DNA of 64,000 bases from Geosiphon pyriformis uo1 (lineage: Eukaryota; Fungi; Glomeromycota): NCBI GenBank assembly GCA_016748015.1, contig JAAOMT010000161.1, forward strand, positions 1 through 64,000, in the 5' to 3' direction. Position 1 is the stretch's first letter. The number at the start of each line of letters is the position of its first letter. The position numbers and the translations under genes are program-made. The notes beneath the pieces were generated by a model. That model made no database searches. It was not told where the DNA came from and was given only the letters and a program-made list of their open reading frames with translations. Below, one piece after another: positions 55,172 through 64,000 of the stretch.

Positions 55172-58100
55172 GTGGTCTGGTTTGGAAAATTGCTATTTGC
55201 AATGTTAGGGGCATAAACAATCCTGCAAAACAGGATGACATCATTTGTTGGCACAATGACATGAACAATTTGATTTTAATTTTTACAGAAACAAAGTTAA
55301 AAGGAAGAGTTCATCTCTGGATTGTCAACAAATTTGATGATGTAAGGGTGTTTACCTCTGGCTTGGATTCTGGTTACCTGGGTGTTAGTGTTGTGATCGT
55401 CATGAATTCTTCTTTGGTGAAACATGTGTGCAAGGTTTCTGAGATGCCTGGTTGGCTCTTGTCTATCAAGTTGCTGTTTAAAAATAAACTTTTGGTATCA
55501 ATTTTGGGGCTTTATGCAGGCGCTTCTTCGGTGGTTCAGTTCTTTCAGGCTGGTAAGGTTAACTCTCTTATTGCTAAGGCTGTTAATGAATCTTCTTTCA
55601 TAGTTCTTGGGGATGATTTCAATAAAAATGGTTTGTGTAAAAGCACAAGTTTTAGGAAGTGTCTCGATTTGGAGCTGATCAACTCTCTGTCAAGTAGTCC
55701 AATTGCAAAATGTTTTACTTGGAAAAATTCAAGGGGTGCGAAGAAGACAATTAATTATATGTTTGTTTCCTCGAGTCTGGTCAGTGCAATCGTACACTGT
55801 GATGTTTTGGAGGTTGGTGAACATTATGATACAGATCACCAGACTGTCTTTGTGTCCATAAGCTTGGATGGGCTTTTGGATGTGCAGATAAACTTTCTTC
55901 GCAAACAGGCAAATAAAGATTGTTGGAAGTTCGATTTTAAGAGTGCTGATGAGATTAAATGAAACAATTTTAAAGGTGCCATATTGGCCAACACTACAAT
56001 GTTCTCAGATGAGTTTGCTACCTCTGCAAAGTTTTCGGACTTGGATGCAATGTGGGACATTGTTCGCAAGATAATGGTTCTCTTAGCTAGTAAAGTGTTC
56101 AAGAGGAAATGGTTCAAGGGCTTTGATTATGTTTTTACCAAGAAATCTTCGAGATTTCACAAATTGGAGCTTTTGGTTTTCAAAATTGTCAAGGCCTCAC
56201 GTGAAGAATGTGTAGCAAATTTTGAGTCTCTTATGGGACATTGGGTTTCTTTGGACAATGATAGGACTTCATTTGTGCAAGATGTGGTGAACTCTGGTGC
56301 TAGTGCTGATGGTGTTTGTTTTGCTCTTTTTAGTACTAAGAGGTCTTATCGTGCATCCAAGCTTGCTAAGTCTTTGAGAGCTAAGGAAGCAAACATCAGA
56401 TCTGCTATAGATAAAAGGATGGAGAGTTTTGAGGTAGATAAAGATCACATGATTAGAAGCATGCTGGAATGACCCTTTTGCAAGGTGGTTTTGGATCATT
56501 TGGTTGTGGGTGATGAGTTGGTTCTTGAGCCTGACTTGGTGAAGTCCAAAGTGGATGATATTATGGAAGGATAGACCAGAAAGCGTGTGGTGGTCGATGA
56601 TGTTTCTGATACTTGGTCTCATTAGTACTGACCTTTGGACTACATTTTTGATGAGGCCTTCTTTGGGGTGATGTGTGCAATTGATTTTGATGAGTTGTAT
56701 CATGTGGTCTCTAATCTGCCTAATGGCAAAGCCACTGGTCTTTCAGGTATCTCTAATGAGCTATGGAAATATTGTGATGAGTCAGTTTTGGGTTTGTTTT
56801 TGGTCCTGTTGAATTCTTGTCTGTCTTGTAAATTGGTACCTGGTCCTTGAAAAGAGGCTTGGGTTTCAATAATTCCCAAGTCCTATGAGTGGGAGGGTGT
56901 TCTCACGAATACTCATCCTATTGCTTTGATCAAAACAGCTCACAAAATTCTCTCCAAGATTCTTTTGAATAGAATCTCACTGGCTTGCAGCTCTTAAGAT
57001 GTCCTACATGGTGACAATTTTTCTGTCTTAAAGGGTATGACAACTCAGTTACCTATTTTTGCTATTGGTTTAGTTATTAAAGACACTCTGGAAAAAAACT
57101 GAGAGCTTTGGTTGGTTTTATAGGACATGCAAAAAGCTTACAATTTGGTTGGCTGGAAGCACCTCAAGAAGAGTTTGGTTAAGGTTAAGATGTACAGCAA
57201 ATTTATTTGGTTTTTTAGCAGTATTCATAAGAATTGCACCAATTGTGTGATGACAGATTTTGGTTTGACAGAAGGCTATCATGTACATGATGGCCTGGAC
57301 CAATGAGAGGTTTTTTTCCCTCTGTTGTGGCATATTTTTTATGATCCTCTGTTGTGTAAAGTCAAGCATCAGGAAAGTGTGTGTGGGTATAGATTGAATT
57401 CTCATTTTGTTTCCAAAAGTAGTCATACCAAATCTTAGGCTGGGCTCTCTTCTTTTTTTGCTGCTGGTGTTTTTGTCAATAATATAATCTGGGTTGGTAG
57501 CAGTCAAAATGCTACTTAGCATATTCTCAATATAGCTAGTGAATTTTTTCAAATTAATAACATTTCAATCAATAATGACAAGACAATGGCCATTCCTATC
57601 AATAGCAGGGTCAGCATTCCTTTTCTCTCTATCAGTGGCTCACCAATTTTTATCGCCAAAAAGGGTGAATCTCATCGGTACTTGGGTATTTTTCTTTTGA
57701 CTGAGGGTCTTTCAAAGCCTAGTTTGGCTAAAACAAATTCAGATGTTTGTTTTTTCACCAATCTGGTTCTAAGAAAGGCAGTTTCAGATAAGCAATTTTT
57801 GTATCTGGTGTCGGCAGTTCTCCATCCTATAATCAGCTATAGAATGCAGTTCAGCTTTGTTCTTGTTGATATGTGCACCAAATGGGATGTTCTGATTTGC
57901 AAAAACTTGAAACTTAAATCTGGTCTTCTACTGGATTTTCCTAGTGATACAATTCACCATCCTTCTTTTTATGGTTTAAAGTCTTTTTTACAGTGTCAAT
58001 CAGAATGTAAGATTGCTTTACTTGTTAGTTTTATAAACTTTAGCAGAATTTTGGGGTGTTTGTTCAGTCACAGGTCTCATGACTTGCAAGTTCTGTGTTG

Positions 58101-59803
58101 GTGGCCGATCCATCTACTGATTTCTCCTACTCATATTTGTGTCAATGTTTCTAATAATTTCTTGGCTGGTGTGGTTTCTATCCTTCTTGACTGCAGGCTG
58201 TCTTTGGATAGTTTTTTGACCAATGCTTTCTGGTTTCGTGGTGGGATTTCTATGTCTGTTGTTCTTGACAATTCTTTGTTTTTCAAGTTTTTGCTATCCC
58301 TTTGGCATTATGGCATTGTCTTTGTGGACCAGCTTCAGAATCGTCGTGGTGATGTTTTTAGCTGGCTCACCTTTAAGTGGTGGAAGAGACTAGATCCTTA
58401 TGGTCCAGTTCCTGAGTGGTTCAAACGTTCAGTTAAGTTCTTTGTGACTTCCCGTTCTTCTCCCTCAGTCTCAGTTGGTGTTGGTCTTGTTGATATTTGT
58501 GGTTCTAATGATTTTATGTCTGTATGTGATCATCTTTCTCAGGTTGGTGCTGATAGTTTGTTTGTGTATACAAATAGGTTGTTGAAAAATTTGGGCATGA
58601 CTGGTTGTAAGGCCGGGGCTGCTGCCTTTTTTGAGAACATTAACTTGGGTTTGGATATCAGTGTTTAGGGTTTGGTGTCATCTACTTTGGTGGAATTGCA
58701 GGCTATAGCATTGATTCTAGAGTGCATACCTGCAGCTCATTCTGTTTGTCTGTTTTCAGATAGTCAAGTGGCCTTGGATGCTTGCATGTTGGAGGTTAAC
58801 TTGGTGTATTCTGACTTTCACAATCAGTGTTGGGTCGAACACCAGCATATTAGGAATGTTATCCACAATAAAAATTTAAGAGTTAGTTGGCACAAGGTTA
58901 AGAGTCACTCTGGTGTATTGGGGAATAATTGAGCTGATAGCATTGCTGACGTTGCGACTCTCTTTGATTGGTTTCTTCCTCCTCGTGTTGATAAACATTT
59001 TTTGTTGGTGAATAATAGTATTATCTCTGGTAATTCTAGATACTTTGTTTGAGACGTTTTTTATGCTGTTTGTCAGGCGCATTGAGAGATTGGTTCCAGT
59101 TCTGGGTTTCTACTTGGGGATTTGTACTTGAATGTTAATTGGCCTGGTTCTTCCAGGGTTTGGCATCTTGATTCGCATATGGCAACAGATTTCACTAGCA
59201 GGCGTACTGCCAACACTTGTATTTACCTTATGAAGGCTTTGCACCATTAACTTCCCATGGCTGTTCAAAAGTGTGTTTATAATAAATGTTACCCATGTAT
59301 TTTCTTGTGTAATTGATGATTCAGCTTGTCATTGGGTTTTGGAATCCTGTATGTCTTCTTGGAAGACGCTTTCTGGTCTTTCCCTCTCTTTTTCAAGTGT
59401 ATTGCAGCTGTTGTCAACCTGTGCTTCAGATTTCCTGGTTTCCTCGACTTTTTACAAGGGTTTTGTTTTTAATGAATGGATTTAGGAGGCTGTTTCTGTC
59501 TTTCATGATCCCAAAGTCACTAGTGTCAAGATTGCTGATTTTGTGCACTCTCTTTGTGTTGCTTTCAGGAATGACATTTGATTGGTCCATGCCAAGCATT
59601 GTGCATACATGAAAAAGAATGGCTTAATCTTAGTGGATGGCTTGATTTCTGTCTCAGTTTCTGGTTTGGTTTCGAGGTTCTCAGATGGTGTGGTTAAATT
59701 GCTTAGTATTGCTGAAATTTTTGGCATCCATTTTGGCTTTCGCAAATCTTGTTTTTTTTTCTTAGGTATTGATGACCCGATTTCTGTTAATATAATTGTG
59801 TAG
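55168..59803 (+). pseudogene. LINE-3 ORF2 (APE-RT-RNase H)
   Basis: WKIAICNVRG, ETKL, DTDH, YLGIF, ELQAI, FSDSQ, VKSHSG; many TAG/TGA stops. Confidence 0.92.
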
Positions 59804-59949
59804 TGTTGTTCTGACTGGCTTGAGTGGCTGGTCACATGTAAAAAGTGCATGATTCATGCTTAGTTTAGATCATTTCTTTGATGTATAGTTCTAAGTAGTA
59901 TTTGGACTTCACTCATTAAATGTTAATAATAATAATAAAAGAGTATGGT

Positions 59950-61400
59950 CTAACTACTATCTAAGAATCAAAAACAAACTAAGTATTCTAGTGCTAAATA
60001 TAGTTCACACATTTTCTACATATAATTAGCTATTCAACCAGTTTAAACTATATTATATTAATACCTCAAAAGAAAACTTACTCAAAAATAATATCTTCAA
60101 ACAATATAATACTATTATTAATTAATTTAATTAATTATTTGGCTGTTTTTAAAGCATTAAACTTAACACTAATAGATTCATGTTTTTATAGTAATATTAA
60201 ATTAGAAAACATATTATAATTAATAGCAAATAGATTTATATAAGAACCAAACATATCAATATTTTTATAATTATACTTAGTTTTTAATACAACTATTTTC
60301 CATTCCAACTTATGAACTGCTTTGCTAAAAGTATTTATATATATCAAAATCTTATTAATTTTAAGGCTAATTGTACTATTTGAAACCAGATTATTATTAA
60401 TAAATTGTTTAAACACAACAACCAAAAATCCAACTGGCTTAACAATAGATTTGACCAGAGCAAAAAGCTTGACCAAATCAAACTCCAAAGAAGCCAACCA
60501 AGAGAAAACTACAGAAATATTAATCAATATATTAGTAAAAAAAACAAAGCCAACTAAAAGGCTAAAAACTAAAAAAGACACAAGAGCAATAGCCTTAACA
60601 TAAGACTTAATACTAACAAAATAATATACAAAAGCTCTAAAATTTTTGAAAAAAGAAGATAAAAACATCTTATAATAAACAGCCAAATAGTATAAGCCTT
60701 AATACTTAAAACAATATTAGTATTCAGAAGTTTTTTATCAAATGCAATATTTTTTTAAGATACTAGTTTTAAGAATAATAGTATTTAAATTATTTTATGA
60801 GCCAAACATAATTAGAAAAAACCAGGAATAATAACCAGAATTAAGTGAATAAAGAATAAAACATATTTGATTACTAATTTAAGAAATTATATTACTGATT
60901 TTATAAACAGTATAGCCAAAAAAAAAATTGATCAACTTGGTCTTAAACTTATTATAAAACAAAATAGTTTTATTTTGATTTACAAAAAAAAATCCTAATA
61001 CTATTTTTGTCCAATAAAACTGACCAATAATTTAAAACAAATGCTACAGTATTTAAAGTTTTAAAATAAACTACTACATATTATCAAATGCCAGCTGGCT
61101 TTAGCACAACACAAAAAATCTTACCAAACACACCAAGAGCTGTCTTAATATTAACAGCAAATATATTTAAAAACATATTATACAATATAATAATATCAAA
61201 AAAAAAATTAGACTTAGAAACCACCAAAAACTTGGCAATTTTAAAAGTAATTAAACAAACAGAGTTTGTAAGCTCAACCAGAAACACAAATTTTAAAAAT
61301 TTTTGTGAAGCAAATTTTATACAAAAAAATTTCATATTGTTTTTTAATATTGATTTTGTAGCCAAAAAACCATATATTAGGATTCTAATTAAATTAAACT
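59950..61400 (-). pseudogene. Heavily eroded ORF1-like gene of a different LINE-like family
   Basis: RRM-like IKTALGVFGKIFCVVLKPAGI and coiled-coil-like LASLEFDLVKLFALVKSIVKPVG in the ORF1 layout, with strong F/I/N/K drift. Confidence 0.55.
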
Positions 61401-62906
61401 GAATTAAACTTTGGGTGTTGTTCAAGCTTAATTCGAATTATAAACTAAACTTGAACTGAAACAATTTTTCAAAGTAGATTTGGTTTAAATTTGGCATTAA
61501 ATCTTTTGACAGGTCTGAATTTAATTTAAGTCTGGTTTAAAATTCATGAACTTGTTTAAGTTTAATGAAATTAAAAAAAAATATAACTTGTACTATTTAT
61601 TCATCAATTATTACTTTGTTTAATTATTATGATCAATTAAAAAGATATATAAAACTATGCATATATAACAACTTTACTCTCCAACTTACCAAAATAAATT
61701 TATTGTTAGCATTATTCAATTTTATCAAAGATTCAAAATCTGAAATAACAGAATTTGATAATCTAAATAGTTTAAATACTAATATATTTGATAAATATAG
61801 TTTTTAGAGTAAAGTATGAGCTATTTTAATAAGTTTGAGTAAACAAAAAAAAAAAAACAGCTAAATATACAGTCTTAAAATGTGTACATAAACTATTTTT
61901 TGGTAAAATTATAAACACTACCAAATTTTTATGGTACTATTTAAAGACTTCCCACTAGACAATATATGTTACAATAAAAAAATATCATAAGAAAAGACAA
62001 AATATCCAGAAAGATTACAAGTTAATTAAAAAAATGTTTTAACAGATGAAATTGTTATTTTTTTTTGTAATTTTTGGCCAATCTAACTAAAAAACTGTTT
62101 TAGTCTTCTATAGTAACTGTTATTGACATTAATAATAAAAAACTTTGTAATATAATTACTATTTGGCTTATTAACTGCTGAAATTAATCGAAATATTTCA
62201 ATATTTGAATCTTATTTTTCAACTTGTTTGTGCTAATACAATTAAAAATAAAATTATAAAACTCTATGTCTTAGATAAACAAAAATTAAGAGTAAATACT
62301 ACCTTTATTATAAAATATCCCTTTTTTTCATCCATATTTATAATATAATAGGCATACTTAGATACTATTAAGTCTAAAATTTTCTTTATATCAGATTTCT
62401 GAATATTTCTCAATAATAAAGGCTTTGTTTCTATTACTATTCATTATATTAATAACAATTAAGACTTTCAACAAACAATAATTAATTTTGGATTAATGAA
62501 TAAATAACATAATAAAATAAACATTGTAAATGGATTTTTTAAAGTATTAAAAAATTATAGAATTATATTAAAAGTACATACATATATTCTTGTATGAATT
62601 TGGATTAATCAATAGTTAATAATAAAATTAGCATACTACACAACATATTAATATTATCTAAAACTCAAAGTTATCATAGTGTTTATATTATTTAAAATTG
62701 TGTTTTCTCAATGTTGGTTTAAGTTGGTTTTCATTATTAACTTAAAGCTAAATTTTTGGCATTAGCATTATTTGTGGCTTAAAGTTATTACAGTATTTAT
62801 ATTATTGAAAACCATATTTTCTTAATATTAATTTAAGTGGTTTTTATTATTGCCTTAAGCTGAATTTTCAGCCAAAAAGATTGAAAAAAAAGTTTAAGAA
62901 AGAAGT

Positions 62907-64000
62907 TGTTACCAGAGGTTTTTGGTCTCTTTTCTTGAATGTTGTAAATGTCTGTTGGTTGCAAATTCACGTTTTCTAGAAGTAGTTGAACCTCCAATAA
63001 CTGAATTTATCTTCAAATTATCTTCTATAATTTGAACTTGCTGGGCTTATAAGTGGAATGGCCAATTCCGTGCCAGTTGCTTTGTGTAGTTACGTTGTAG
63101 TAAATGTCAACTCTTTCCCAGGAATTGCTCATCTGGAAGCTCACTAAAAATATGTAGTTACTTTGCTGTGAAAGTCAACTCTTCTACAGGAATCTCGTCT
63201 GTAGGCTACCCTAATNNNNNNNNNNNNNNNNNNNNCACTAACAGTTTACTGAAATTGGTAGCTAATCAATTTCAAAACGTTAGTTGGGTTTTGGGGATTT
63301 TCCAAGTGCAATAATTAAAGAATTTGGTTTTTCAAATTATTTGATATTTATTTCTTTTTGTGTGTGTAGGAATGGTTCTAAGTGATAAATCTAAAGTAAG
63401 ATACATTTTCTTGAAGAAAAAAGCTCTTTTTTTATACAACTTGTTGTAATACTAGTCTATGAACTTGCACTTTTTCTCTTTGCTCAAATTTCGGCAAACT
63501 AAAGATACATTTTGATGGACTACAAGTTATTTCGCTGAACTATTGATTAATTTGAGTAAACTATTCATAATTTCGGCAAATTTCTATAAATTTCGGCGAA
63601 TTTCTTATAAATTTCGGCGAATTTTTGTAAATTTCGGCGAATTTTTGAATGTTACAAAGTTCAGGGTATTGTGTAATTTGATCATTCTACTTTTTGTTAT
63701 ACTAATTGGATTATTTAATTGAATCGTGATATGTGATAATTGATTAAATAATAAATGATAATTTGAAATGATATTAATATACTAATTAATTATAGGAATT
63801 ATAAGGGTAATTTCATGCTAATTAATAGCTAAAATTCTACTAGTAACATAATCTCCTCCTCAAGACTGAGCTCCATCGAAGTCCAAGCACTATCTGTGAT
63901 ATTGAGATAGTGATCCAAAATAATTGAAGTAATCTGATCTGAAAATTGTTGAAATTTCAGTTCTGTGAGTTTGCCAATGTATTGGACTTTTATTGGTTGC
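62907..64000 (-). mobile_element. Gypsy copy 3 (divergent subfamily): 3' LTR 62907-63848, PPT and ORF3 end; continues beyond the window
   Basis: The reverse complement matches the copy 1/2 LTR. Minus frame reads QPIKVQYIGKLTELKFQQFSDQ…LEEEIMLLVEF* (63829-64000). Confidence 0.93.

Larger units (their letters stand above)
53093..59940 (+). mobile_element. LINE copy 3, full length and uninterrupted (~6.85 kb), degenerate
   Basis: 5' UTR, ORF1 53225-55171, ORF2 55168-59803, 3' UTR, (TAA)n tail. Confidence 0.95.

Noticed and set aside
61400-62900. Possible eroded DNA transposon (repeated TTGAAC/GTTCAA-like motifs at 61400-61560)
   Set aside because: No TIR pair, TSD or transposase motif could be established.

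Overview
AT-rich eukaryotic (fungal) DNA. The repeat families and gene style resemble Glomeromycotina (Geosiphon-like); this is recalled and not verified. A CpG-retaining gene island (~15.9-33.8 kb) holds a Crz1-like C2H2 transcription factor behind ~9 kb of microsatellite-rich non-coding DNA, an orphan gene, and an ~18-exon mitochondrial leucyl-tRNA synthetase. It is flanked by nested, C>T/G>A-eroded retroelements: three LINEs (APE-RT-RNase H type) that keep their 5' ends, one older LINE-like relic, three copies of one Ty3/gypsy family, and LTRs of two other families. The best candidate for an undescribed system is the gypsy family. It has a Met-free ~245-codon Gag extension, a multi-zinc-finger Cys-rich domain, a dUTPase followed by a dUTPase-like domain, an integrase in a separate ORF with its own ATG, and a conserved non-env ORF3 that runs through the PPT into the 3' LTR. 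Four of five visible LTR insertion sites, from three LTR families, are 4-bp targets centred on a CpG (NCGT) inside LINEs, which suggests CpG- or methyl-CpG-directed integration into other transposons.
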